Shown here in pieces: positions 9,538 to 20,218 of a stretch of DNA of 64,000 nucleotides. How positions within the stretch are numbered: position 1 is the first letter of the stretch; each line of letters starts with the position of its first letter. Both the position numbers and the translations under genes were made by a program. Source of the stretch: an uncultured Clostridia bacterium (GTDB lineage Bacteria; Bacillota; Clostridia; TANB77; CAG-508); contig CANQVJ010000008.1 in assembly GCA_947627295.1 (NCBI GenBank), positions 12,313 to 76,312 of the forward strand, written 5' to 3'. The notes beneath the pieces were generated by a model, which was not told where the DNA came from, made no database searches, and worked only from the letters and a program-made list of their open reading frames with translations.

Positions 9538-11547
9538 GATATTCCCTCCTTAATTTTCCATTCATTAAAAATTCTTGCTATTTCAGGAGTATCATCATCT
9601 TCCACTTTTGTTTTTTGCTGTATTGATACTGTTCTTTTACCAGAACTTATAGATTCAATAATTAAAGCATTATTTAAATCTGGAACTAAAATTTCATTAC
9701 CATTTTTGTCTCTCTTAAATATTGGTGTGCCTCTTTTATCATGTCCTATTTTTTCAACCATAGCCATAAAAATATTATAATCTGCCATTTCTCTATTTTT
9801 TTGTTCTTCATATTTTTCTTCTTCAGTTTTCTTTTGAAGAATTAATACAGAAGTTTGCGTTCCATTTCTAGGTTGAAATGTATCTTTATGCAAATCTAAA
9901 CTTGCAATTATTTTTGTGTTTTTTATTAACCATTCTCTAATATAGCCTAATCCTGGAGATCCTAAAATTGCATCTGGTAAAACAATACCTAACCTTCCAG
10001 CAGGTCTTAAAAATTGTATACATCTTTCTATAAATAATATTTCAGGTGGTACAGACGATTGATATCTTTCTGTCATATTCCATGTTCCATTTTTATTTTC
10101 CCAGATATGAGCTAATTCATATTGTTCTAATATTTCTTTATCTTTAATTGGAATTTTACTTCCAAATGGTGGATTTGTAACGATAACATCAAAAAGATTT
10201 ATTGTTTTGTGGTTTCTAATAGTATCTTTATCTATCCCCAATGCTTCTGCCAATTTACCTTTAAAATCATCATCCCATTCGTGTGGTGGCAATAGAGAAT
10301 TAGTTTGTAAAATATTACCACTTCCATCGTTATTCATTACCATATTCATTTTAGTAGCTTTAACTAAATCAGGATTTATATCAAATCCAAAATAATTAGT
10401 TTTAGCCATCTCTGATATTTTATTATTAAAATTAATTAACGTATTGCTGTCCCAATCCTTTTTCTTTTTTTCTATACTATTTGAAAATTCCTCTTCTAAT
10501 TGTGACATTACATGAGTCATTGCATTTACTAAAAATCCACCTGTACCGGCAAGAGCTATCTAATACTCTTTCATTTTGTTTTGGGTTAACCATCTCTACT
10601 ACCATTTTCATTATATTTCTTGGAGTAAAGAACTCTCCTCTGTCTCCTCTTAAATTTGCACCTACTATTTCTTCATATGCTTTTCCTTTTATATCTATAT
10701 TAGTATTTAATAAACTGTATTTTTGTAATTCACTAACAATATAAGCTAAACTACGAGGATGTAATTTTATTTCATCATTTATTTCAAATATTCTACCATA
10801 CTTTTTCTTTACCTTCTCGAATATTTTGGAGATTCTTTTTTTTACTGTTAGTTGTCCATCTGAATTTGAACGTTCTTCTGATGTTGTATAAAATTCTAAA
10901 GGTTTTGGTATGTTTCTTTCATCTTCTATTTTGCAAAAAATAACTTTTAATAATTCAAAAAATGCAGATTGTTTTTGTAGACCATCATTAACATGAATAT
11001 AATTATGACAAGTTTTAAATACAAATAGTAAATTATCATCATATGCATCTTTTAATGTTTCTCTTTTTGGTCTATTAATATCATCTAAATTGCCATCTGC
11101 AGATGGAATATCATTATATTCCATAAAAGCAATCTTGTTGCTTTCATTCACATACTTTTTAAATACTTCTTTTTGCTTTCCATTTGTCCACATTCCCCAA
11201 ATACAATTTGGACACGCAGACATATAAGATTTAAGTTGATTTACTCCTTCCTTACTATTTTTTATATCTATTGTATCTTTCTTACATTCAATAATAATTT
11301 TTATATTTTCTTGATTATGCTTTATTTCTTCACTTTCAAAAATTACTATATCTGCTCTTGGTTTATTTGAACCTAGTTTTAATGTATATTCAACTTCTAC
11401 TTGTCCTGGTTTATATTTATGTTCATTCACTAATCTCTTTTCAATAGTTTGCCTTACATATTCTTCTGGTGTATCTTTTCTAAATTTCCCATCTATATAA
11501 TCACATATTTTCCCTTCTGGAATTACTATAATATTACTTTCTTTCAT
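9531..11547 (-). CDS. bifunctional PD-(D/E)XK endonuclease / N6-adenine DNA methyltransferase (BcgI-A-like, type IIB/IIG); 671 aa if the CGG at 10546 is a +1 site
   Basis: N-terminal HsdR_N-type nuclease motif (PRADIVIF...IIIECKK), HsdM-like middle region (FFTPRNIMKMVVEM) and catalytic motif IV IVTNPPFG. The track splits it into 10477-11547 and 9531-10520. Skipping one C restores motif I as LDSSC-G-TGGFLVNAMTHV. Confidence 0.75.
10546..10548 (-). other. in-frame CGG with +1 frame transition (REase-MTase, AdoMet motif I)
   Basis: Sense TGC CGG TAC AGG. The +1 frame reads GGT ACA GGT GGA TTT = G-T-G-G-F. Confidence 0.8.
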
Positions 11548-11748
11548 CTTTCTCCTCCATTTTATTTCTAACCTTATTTAAATCTATATTTAGCATGTTG
11601 CATATTCTATCTATTATTTCTAGTGATCCTATTGATCATGTTTTAATTTAAACATCGTAGAAAAAGATATTCCTGTTTTCTTCATAATATCTTTCTTTTT
11701 TATATTATTAAACGCTACATATCCTCTAAAAGGTTCCTATGTTATCAT
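11534..11748 (-). pseudogene. XRE/Cro-type HTH regulator remnant upstream of the R-M genes
   Basis: RBS AAAGGAG then ATG ATA ACA TAG (probably TGG to TAG). The frame continues ..NIKKKDIMKKTGISFSTMFKLKHDQ*, then after a frameshift SIGSLEIIDRICNMLNIDLNKV. This is a typical short HTH protein carrying one nonsense mutation and one frameshift. Confidence 0.55.
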
Positions 11749-11824
11749 TTTTTCTCCTTTCTTGAATGTTTTTGTTTTTTTGCGATATTTTTTATTATTA
11801 TACATTATTTTTTATTTTTTTTAC

Positions 11825-11852
11825 ATTACATTCGTTTTACAATTTTGTTACA
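11825..11852 (-). promoter_or_regulatory. three phased TGTAAH half-sites (WalR-type) upstream of the HTH remnant and R-M genes
   Basis: The minus strand reads TGTAAC(11852-11847)-N5-TGTAAA(11841-11836)-N5-TGTAAT(11830-11825). Confidence 0.35.
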
Positions 11853-12151
11853 ATATTATAAAAACACAAAGTTATATCAATCCTTTATCTATAATGTTTC
11901 CTATCTTTTTTCTTTTAGCAATTTTCCTTGTTCTTTTTCTTTTCTTCACATCATCTTTTAAAATATGGCCTGTTTTTTGTATTTAATAATACTTGCTTTT
12001 TTACTTTATTACTTGTTGTTTCTGTTTTTTGTGTTTGCATAAGTCAGAGAAGAAAATTTTGGATTTTTCTTTTGAAGATAAAGTCAATAAAAATATTTTA
12101 CATCACTTTCCTAATCCACTCATTTATTTTTAACTTGCCCTATGCAAACCA

Positions 12152-12289
12152 CGGATATGTAAAAACTACTTTTTTATATCTTCCTAATAATGCACCGGTA
12201 TAAATAACAGACGAACACATTTGATTCATAAGGTTTTCGTGGATTTCATAATTGTTTAAATTTCTAATATCTATAATGTACTTCGCCAT
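12152..12289 (-). pseudogene. murA: displaced 5' fragment of murA (internally deleted and truncated)
   Basis: 12152-12278 aligns without gaps to 6903-7029 (about 4 mismatches in 127 nt). 12279-12308 aligns to 7231-7260, including the ATG (12287-12289) and RBS. The 201 bp between (7030-7230) is missing, bounded by TCTAT(A/T)ATG microhomology. Upstream similarity continues to ~12378. Confidence 0.85.
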
Positions 12290-12473
12290 AATTTTCACCT
12301 CTTTCTTATTATGTTATGTAACCCTTCGGCAAAAATCACCTTACTTAAAAAAGAGGTTTATGAGCTCACCCTCCTATAAAATTTCATAAGGAATTTCAGA
12401 TTGTATTATAGATTAATACTTCCATAGATTTTTATATGGTGAAAATTTAGTTAAAACGCCCCTTTTTGATAAA

Positions 12474-13853
12474 TTAATATATACTAGCACTTTTTTTTAT
12501 TTCTGTATTAACAACTATTAGCTCAGGTTTAATCTCCGTTTTATTATATTCCTCATATAACTTTTTAATTTTTTCTTTGTTTTTCAAATCATCTATTACT
12601 AAATATACTAATTGATTTGTTTTTTCCGCTTTTCCATATTCCTTTATCTGCGTTTTCATACCATGTATTAATTGTCTATTAGATGTAAGTTTTACTTCCA
12701 CTATGACTCTGTCTTTATATCCTTTACTATATTTAAAATCGATATTTCCCCTTCCGGAATTAAGTTCTGGGCTAATATCTATATCAAATGCCTCACAATA
12801 AGAATCTGATATTCCGTAAAATAATAATTGCACAAATTTCTCACCTCTAAATTTTCCATTTTTCTCATATAAAAGTTTAGTTAACGCATTATTTTCTACA
12901 AGATTTTTAAATTTATTACAAATTTTAAGAACAATATCCTTTGCATTTTCTTCTTTATTAACTTTTATTTCTTTTAATGGAATATTTTTTAGTTTTTTAG
13001 ATATTATATGATACCCTAATGAATCATTATCAAAATCATATGGCTCAACAGAAAAAACTTTATATTCTGAAATAACTGCCTTAAAATTTTCTTCATTTTT
13101 CATTATTTTTTCTTTTATAAAATCTTTCTTTTCTTTTGTTGAAGCTCTTTTCCATTCATCACCTACAAAAGAGTTCATTTCATCTCTAATACATTGAATT
13201 CTGGAACATACATAATTTATATCATCCCATTCTTTAGCAATTGGAAGTTCATGTAGTATATCCTTAGGCAATAGTAGCACTGATTTATTTTTAAAAGGAT
13301 TAATAAGCAATCCATTTTCAAATTTTATTTCAGGATAATTTTCAGCATTTATGCCTAAAATCCTATTTTTTTCATTGGTATAATTAATTATATCATCATA
13401 TATCAAATGCGAATACATATCGCTTAATCTATCTGGACCTACATTTTCTTCAAACAAACCTATCAACTGAAATAAATCAGCATCTTTATTTCCTGCATCA
13501 ATTATTTCTTTCGCATCGCTTATTATTTTTTCAGCCAAAATCGGTCCAAATCCACTTCCATATTTACCTTTAGAATATCCTAGACCGATATTATTAATTT
13601 CAGGAAAATTAAACAATCTAACGGCTTGTCTATATAATGTGCTATTCTTATCCGTGGTGTTTGACAATACTTTATATATGTCTCTAAAGAATTGCTGAAT
13701 CCTTTCATATGAATTTTCAAAATTCTTTTCTTTAGTATCTTTAATTCTCTTTATATTTATAAAGTAATTGGCATCTATATCAAGTATAGTATCAAATATT
13801 CCTTCTTCATCTAATTTACTATCCAAGCCTAAATAATCTGATAATGTTATCAA
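12474..13853 (-). CDS. hypothetical protein with a C-terminal PD-(D/E)XK-like nuclease motif
   Basis: 459-aa ORF. C-terminal ...GRGNIDFKYSKGYKDRVIVEVKLTSNRQLIHGMKTQIKEY... fits D-x(n)-E-x-K. The N-terminal ~350 aa is not recognisable by eye. Stand-alone gene inside the defence island. Confidence 0.4.
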   Translation of the reverse strand: MITLSDYLGLDSKLDEEGIFDTILDIDANYFINIKRIKDTKEKNFENSYERIQQFFRDIYKVLSNTTDKNSTLYRQAVRLFNFPEINNIGLGYSKGKYGSGFGPILAEKIISDAKEIIDAGNKDADLFQLIGLFEENVGPDRLSDMYSHLIYDDIINYTNEKNRILGINAENYPEIKFENGLLINPFKNKSVLLLPKDILHELPIAKEWDDINYVCSRIQCIRDEMNSFVGDEWKRASTKEKKDFIKEKIMKNEENFKAVISEYKVFSVEPYDFDNDSLGYHIISKKLKNIPLKEIKVNKEENAKDIVLKICNKFKNLVENNALTKLLYEKNGKFRGEKFVQLLFYGISDSYCEAFDIDISPELNSGRGNIDFKYSKGYKDRVIVEVKLTSNRQLIHGMKTQIKEYGKAEKTNQLVYLVIDDLKNKEKIKKLYEEYNKTEIKPELIVVNTEIKKSASIY

Positions 13854-14132
13854 CTCAATCTCACCTCATCCAAATAACTTTATTATATTTTATCATAGAT
13901 TTTAAAAATCAACAAATTTGTATGTGTTTCTGCAGAATGAGACTTATTATCTGTAGTATTTGCTTTATTTTCAGTATACAACAGGTTATAAGGTAATTTA
14001 ATTGAACATCTATGAGAAAATCACTCCTCTAAAATTGAACAAGATTTAAGGCTTATGAGTATTTCTCATAGGCCTTTTTATAAACATTTTTACAATATGC
14101 TTCCTATAATTTCATAATAAAAATTAATCTAA

Positions 14133-16547
14133 TTATAAAAAATATTCAAGTTCGGTTTTTAATATTTCATTTTCATCAAATACATCTAGTATAGATGTAT
14201 GAATATTATATTCACCATCTTCATTTGATGTTATAAACTTTTTATATTCTTTTACTAATTTTTTTGATAATTCTTGACTTAATCCTTCTCTTTGAAAATA
14301 TATTTGTATCTCATCGGATGTACTATACTTTATTTCATTGAATACATTTTTGTCTATTAACTCTAACTTAAATAAAATCTCTATATACTTCATCAACTTA
14401 TAATCTATAAAATCATTCTCTATTTTAATTTTCTTTATTGCATAATTTACTTTTTGTTCATCAGTCTTTGTTTTTAATCTAATATAGTTAAGCCTTCTGT
14501 CTGTATCCAATCTTCTGCATTCGCCCCATTTACTTCCTATATATAAATAATCTAAGTTTTTATCATTCCAATATTTTAACATATTGTTTACCATTTCTTT
14601 ATATGTTATATTACTTCTTTTCCAATTAATAAACATCGTATAAAAAGCTCTTGCTTTCTCTCTTTTCAATCTTAATAATTCAAAATCGTTCTTAATATAT
14701 TCTACATTCTCTATAAATAATAAATAAATCAATTCCATAATACTATATTGTTTTTTGCTACTTCTTATGTATCTTAGTTTCTTTTGCATTGCATCTTCAT
14801 TTTTTTTAATCTCAAATTCTATTATATTATTTTCCAAACAATATCTTCCTATTTCAGTATTTATTTCATCATTTACCTTTATTTCATTTTCTAAATTTTT
14901 TATAATATATTTTTCATTTTCATCTTCTGTTGAGACTTTAGATAATAATGGATTTTCTATTATATCATTTCTCTTTTTACTTCTAGAATCTATTTTTAAA
15001 TTATTTTTTATAAAGTCTTCAAAATTATTTCTTTCTTTATCTCTTGTTTTAACAAAATGTATTTTAGGCAATAATTTTTTTATATCTTTATTATATTTAC
15101 TAAATATCAAACTATATCGATTAACTCTTCCTATCAAATTTTTCAAATCTTGATAGCTCATGTTACCATTTCCCTTATATGTATCCATAATAAACATATT
15201 ATCAAAAGGCATATTTATTCCCTCAAGTAAAGTTGATGTTGCAAAAACGTATTTAATATAATTATTGGTATCTTTTCTAATAACATTCTCTAAATACATC
15301 CTAACATTTTCCGGTACTATTCCATTATGATAAACAATACCTTTATTTACCAATTTAGCCAAATCGTAATCTTTATGTATAAATTTTTTTAATTCATTTG
15401 AAACTTTTCCAAGAAAAGGAATCTCGTCTTGATATTCAGATAATTTAAATGCTTTTTCTATACATTCTCGTGGTTTATTTAAATATATAATATTTTTATT
15501 CTTTCCCTCTTTTAAAACATATTTATATTCATCTTCATAAATTTGATTTGTTGGAATAAACTTATTAAAAAATTGATCATATATCCTTTTTTCTTTATCT
15601 AGAAAAGATATATATGATATTTCTTCTATTTTTATAATTGGCTTAATTACTAATGGTTTATTTATTGTATATTTTTGTTTCAAATATTTAAAATCAATAT
15701 TTGTATAATCTTCTATTACAGGACTAAAATATTTAATAATCATGTTGTTATTTTTATTTTTTAACAAAATAATAATTCTTGCCAGCAATTTATTTCTACT
15801 GTCTTTTTCAAATAAATTATGTGCTTCATCTATAAGTAGAGTATTAAATATAACATCACTTTTTTTATCATATATAAATTTAAATAATCTTTCTTGAGTA
15901 AAAATAAAAACATTTCTTTTATTTTTATTAATATTTATATCATAATGTGATATTATTTTAGGTTTATTTTTACTATTCTTTAATAATTCTTGAACATCCA
16001 TTTTTAACTGATTAATCATTGCTTTTGACGGTAATACAACACATATATTTTTACTTAAATAATTGTTTAATATATACTTTTTTATTAGTTCAGTCTTTCC
16101 AAATGATGTTGGCGCAACAACTATTGTTTCTATATCTTCCTTAAAGAAATCATATTTTAACTTTTTTTGTTTTCCTGTATAATAATTATTATTTTCTTTA
16201 AAATTTTCTTTAAAAACATCATAAATATTTTCAATTAATGATTCTTTATTCTCAACGTTATTAACTCTATCTAATAATTCAATAACTGGCATATTAAATA
16301 ATTTATATGATATTTCATATAATGGACTATAATCCTCTGTAAGTATTGAATATTTCAAGATTATGTAATACGCTAATTTTTGATATTCTAATTCTTTCCT
16401 TTCTACTAATAACGCTGCTAATGATAAAATCTTTATAATATCTTCTTTTGATATATTGTCAATCTTACCTTTTAATAAGCTTATATAAGCATCTCTGATG
16501 TTGTTTTTTTCCATTATCTTATCTATACTATTAAAGCTCAGTTCCAT
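14133..16547 (-). CDS. hamB: superfamily-2 DEAH helicase, Hachiman HamB-like
   Basis: 804-aa ORF with Walker A VVAPTSFGKTE, motif II LLIDEAHNL and later helicase motifs ATSTLLEGINMP and LIGRVNR. Overlaps the upstream 250-aa gene by 17 nt. Confidence 0.6.
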   Translation of the reverse strand: MELSFNSIDKIMEKNNIRDAYISLLKGKIDNISKEDIIKILSLAALLVERKELEYQKLAYYIILKYSILTEDYSPLYEISYKLFNMPVIELLDRVNNVENKESLIENIYDVFKENFKENNNYYTGKQKKLKYDFFKEDIETIVVAPTSFGKTELIKKYILNNYLSKNICVVLPSKAMINQLKMDVQELLKNSKNKPKIISHYDININKNKRNVFIFTQERLFKFIYDKKSDVIFNTLLIDEAHNLFEKDSRNKLLARIIILLKNKNNNMIIKYFSPVIEDYTNIDFKYLKQKYTINKPLVIKPIIKIEEISYISFLDKEKRIYDQFFNKFIPTNQIYEDEYKYVLKEGKNKNIIYLNKPRECIEKAFKLSEYQDEIPFLGKVSNELKKFIHKDYDLAKLVNKGIVYHNGIVPENVRMYLENVIRKDTNNYIKYVFATSTLLEGINMPFDNMFIMDTYKGNGNMSYQDLKNLIGRVNRYSLIFSKYNKDIKKLLPKIHFVKTRDKERNNFEDFIKNNLKIDSRSKKRNDIIENPLLSKVSTEDENEKYIIKNLENEIKVNDEINTEIGRYCLENNIIEFEIKKNEDAMQKKLRYIRSSKKQYSIMELIYLLFIENVEYIKNDFELLRLKREKARAFYTMFINWKRSNITYKEMVNNMLKYWNDKNLDYLYIGSKWGECRRLDTDRRLNYIRLKTKTDEQKVNYAIKKIKIENDFIDYKLMKYIEILFKLELIDKNVFNEIKYSTSDEIQIYFQREGLSQELSKKLVKEYKKFITSNEDGEYNIHTSILDVFDENEILKTELEYFL

Positions 16548-17283
16548 TTTCTAACTCCTTTAATATTTTAATTATCCTTTTATAATCTTCATAAGAAATA
16601 CATACTGCTGCTATATTTTTAAAGTTATCTTTTTCACTGTCCAATATCTCTTTAATCTTTTCTTTATCAATATTATTTATATGTTTTTTGAAAACTACAG
16701 ATACGCCTATAGCGTTTTTCTCTACTTTTTCATCAATTTCCCTAGTAAATATATTTATTATTTGCTTTTTTAGTTCTTTTTCTTTTATATTAGCAATATT
16801 AGTTTTAGCAGTTAACCAATAATTCTTATTTTTGCTAGAAAATTTAGTTTTTATATCTTTAATTGCATCTTTTATTTTAGATTTATGTATTTCCGTAATA
16901 TTTTCTTCTTTTACTTCTTCTTTTGATTTCACCTCAGTATACCATACATTTTCTCCATCAAATAATAATATATCAAAACCTTTTTTTACACTTCTTTCTT
17001 CTTTGTTTAAATACACAGATATGTGTCTATCTTTATCTAACTCTTCAAAACTTTTTAAATGAAATAATAATTCTCCAATCATTCCTACTTTTTGTTTATC
17101 TTGCTTTTTATCTATTCTTTTATTCAGTTCTTCTATTGTTTCATCAAATGTAACACTTTCTAATTCTTTTTGCTCTTCTCCATAGCATATAGTTATTAAT
17201 AAATCTTTTAATTTTTGTTTTAATACTCTATCCTCATCTTTACAAATTATTTCTAAAATTTTTTGGCTCTCAATTTTTTTCAT
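16531..17283 (-). CDS. hamA: DUF1837-like PD-(D/E)XK protein, Hachiman HamA-like
   Basis: 250-aa ORF, translationally coupled upstream of the helicase. Candidate nuclease residues are in GMIGELLFHL ... GFDILLFDGENVWYTEVKSK. Size and gene order fit HamA. Confidence 0.5.
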   Translation of the reverse strand: MKKIESQKILEIICKDEDRVLKQKLKDLLITICYGEEQKELESVTFDETIEELNKRIDKKQDKQKVGMIGELLFHLKSFEELDKDRHISVYLNKEERSVKKGFDILLFDGENVWYTEVKSKEEVKEENITEIHKSKIKDAIKDIKTKFSSKNKNYWLTAKTNIANIKEKELKKQIINIFTREIDEKVEKNAIGVSVVFKKHINNIDKEKIKEILDSEKDNFKNIAAVCISYEDYKRIIKILKELENGTEL

Positions 17284-17527
17284 TTATATCTCCCATTAAT
17301 AAGAATTTCTTTTTATCAAAAAGGTAAAACAATTTGTAATAATAATCACCATTATTTCACTCTCCCCTTATTATATAAAGTTATTGTAATTTTTTATTTC
17401 TGACTCTCATCATCAACGTAACATGATTCTCGTTTACAATATATTAAATTGTATATACTTATCTATTTAATTATAACTTTACAAATTATTTATTTGATTT
17501 TTATAATTAAATTTCTATTACATATGT

Positions 17528-19125
17528 CTATGCTAATTTTTTAGCATTTTCATTTATGTCTTCTATATCCTTTCTTATTTTCAAAAAAGTACTAATCTTA
17601 TCTTCAAATAAATCTCCAACTTCACCTAAAGCTCTAAATGGATCTTCTGTTAGAGCAATCATATCAATTGTACCATTTTTTACAACATAATCAATTAGTA
17701 ACTTAACAAATTGAATTTGTTTCATATTTAATTGATTTTCATTGATATATTTTGAAAAAATTTCACTTGCTGTAGCTGGATCTATTCCTACAATATTTCT
17801 TACAACTTCTACTACTCCTTTGTTTCCATATGCACTTTCAAATTCTTTATCGGTTCCTAGTTCTTCAAATAATATTCTTTCTAAATCTTTTTTCTCTACA
17901 TCATTTATCTTCTCATTATGCCTTATTTTCCAAACAATAATATTATCTAAATTACTATTAAAATATTTACTTAATTTCTTTTTGTAGTTAGTAAAATTGT
18001 TTCCGCTACTTAGATATACATCATCTTCATTAATATCCATTAATATATCTTCGAAGTCTGAATATTTAGGTGGTCTCATATATGGATCTATATACTGAAT
18101 TAAATTCCTCAATTCTTTTCTTACTTTTTCAATATCAAAAAAACTTGCTCTGCTTAAATAATCAGTTTCTGCAATTTTTAAGATTAATTCTTGTTTTTTT
18201 ACTACTTTTGGCACTGTTCCTAATTTTTCTAATTCTGCCACTAAACTAGATATATGTTCTTCTATTTTATTTGTTTTTTGGTTATTCATCCTTTTTACTT
18301 GTAAGCTATATAACAAATTGTCAAACCTCTTTGCATCTTCATTTTCATCTGAAGCTAACAAAATAGGGACAATATTCTCTTTTATATTTGTTGAATCTAA
18401 TATAGACAAGTAATTCCAATTTTCTCTTTTTGAAAATTGATCGATATAATATAATTTTGACTTTACCACAAAACTATTTCTATTTAGTTTTGACATCTCA
18501 TCAATAAATTCGTTTATTAAAGATTCTCTATATTGTTTAAAATCTTCTTGTGCTTGATATTTCATATGTTGCAATTCAACTATTAAATCTAGTTTGTAAT
18601 TAAATATTTTTTCTGTAAGACTAATTTGAGATGTTGTTTCTTTTCCGTTCTCATTTACAGAAAAATACTCAAAATTTTTACAGTAATCAAAAATGTAGAA
18701 TTCTTGTTTATTTTGTCCTATTCCAAATAAATTTTCACATAGTCTCGTTCCTCTTCCTATCATCTGCCAAAATTTAATTTTAGATTTTACTGGTTTGAAG
18801 AATACTAGATTCACAATTTCTGGAATATCCACTCCTGTATCTAACATATCGACTGATATCGCTATTTGAGGAAAGTCATCTTTATTTGAAAAGTCGTCTA
18901 TTATATCATCGTTATATTTAACCTTATTATCAATTAGCTTTGCAAATTCTCCTTTATAGTATGGGTATAATTCATTAAATACATCTTCTATTTTCTGTGC
19001 ATGTCTATGATTTTTAGCAAATATAATTGTTTTTCCAAGTTTATCTCCACCTTCAACTTTTATTCCCTTTTCCATTAATAATTCTAAAAGTTTTTTTATT
19101 GTATCTCTATTAAATAACCAACTAT
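17528..19125 (-). pseudogene. hsdR: type I restriction enzyme R subunit, C-terminal fragment only
   Basis: ..INSWLFNRDTIKKLLELLMEKGIKVEGGDKLGKTIIFAKNHRHAQ..DMLDTGVDIPEIVNLVFFKPVKSKIKFWQMIGRGTRL.. covers helicase motifs IV-VI plus an EcoEI_R_C-like tail. The nuclease and helicase N-lobe are absent. No start or RBS of its own. Confidence 0.75.
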
Positions 19126-19763
19126 TTATGGCAGAAGCATTTATTTTTTCTTAAATATTCTCCTGCCTCAACTAAAAAACCTGCGCTTCCAGCAGCCGGA
19201 TCAACAATTATATCTTCTGGAGTAGGTTTCATTAATTCTACCATCATCTTGATAATATGTCTTGGTGTTCTAAATTGCCCATTTGTTCCTGCAGTAGATA
19301 ATTTTGAAAGTAAATATTCATACACATCTCCTTTTGTGTCTCTTTCTTTCATTTTTAATTTATCTATTGCAGTTACAACTCTTTGCAACATAATAGGAGT
19401 TGGTATAATAAACATTGCATCTTCCATATACTTTGCATATCCAGAATCTTTATTATTACTTAATGTTTTTATAAATGGAAATACATCCTCACCAACTATT
19501 TTGTACATTTTTTCTGCTGGGTAATTTTTAAATATGCTCCACCTGCAATCTTGATGTTTTTTATCAAAAATTCTTTTCGTTGTTATTCCTAACATATTAT
19601 CATTTTTTTCATGTGCTATATCTATATCATCCAATCCTTTTATAAATAAAAGATATGTAATTTGCTCTATAACTGTTAAAGGATTAGTTACTCCACCTTC
19701 CCAAAAGTTTGTCCATATTCTATCTATTATGCTTTTTGTTTCTTGTTCCATCTTTTCCTCCAA
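19122..19763 (-). pseudogene. hsdM: type I R-M methyltransferase HsdM, N-terminal fragment only
   Basis: HsdM_N region plus the start of the MTase domain (FRTPRHIIKMMVELMKPTPEDIIVDPAAGSAGFLVEAGEYL). It ends just after motif I. The frame then abuts the hsdR fragment out of frame, and there is no CGG at the junction. Confidence 0.75.
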
Positions 19764-19855
19764 TAATTTATACTAAATCTATAATATTTTATATCATATA
19801 TTTCATCTTTTTACAACAAATTTCAATATGTTTTAATTTGTGATTTTTTAGTTTT

Positions 19856-20191
19856 TTATCTTATGATTGTGGGGGTGAAGAATCTTTCTTGAAATTCGGT
19901 TAGTGCTTTAATTGCATCGTCAGTGTATTCTTTTCCTTCTGGTACAATAATTAATTTATCATCATTATCATCAGTTCTATGGATTACTGCTATGCATTTT
20001 CCTGTAAATGTTTCAAGTGGTTCAAACACTCCTAATATATAACAATCTATCTCTTCTCCATCTCCACTGATTGTGTTTGGAACATATCCATAATTTACAG
20101 GATAAATAAATCCATGTTTAGGATGTTTACTTCCCATAGGTCTATCAATTTTTACTTCTACAATTTTTCCTATATATTCTTTTGAATTCAT
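19856..20191 (-). CDS. small inorganic pyrophosphatase-like protein
   Basis: 111-aa ORF. YPVNYGYVPNTISGDGEEIDCYILG resembles the family I PPase core Y-P-x-N-Y-G-F-I-P-x-T-x-x-x-D-G-D-P-x-D. Confidence 0.5.
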   Translation of the reverse strand: MNSKEYIGKIVEVKIDRPMGSKHPKHGFIYPVNYGYVPNTISGDGEEIDCYILGVFEPLETFTGKCIAVIHRTDDNDDKLIIVPEGKEYTDDAIKALTEFQERFFTPTIIR

Positions 20192-20218
20192 TCCACTTTC
20201 TCCTCATTGTTTTATGAT

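Noticed and set aside
11762-12203. Plus-strand ORFs of 74 and 91 aa in T-rich DNA
   Set aside because: There is no coding signature. The region is an intergenic A/T tract plus the reverse complement of the murA fragment.
17528-19763. Whether the hsdM/hsdR break is another CGG recoding site
   Set aside because: There is no CGG at the junction (..TGC TTC TGC CAT AAA TAG..), and about 2.5-3 kb of expected coding sequence is missing. This is a genuine deletion.
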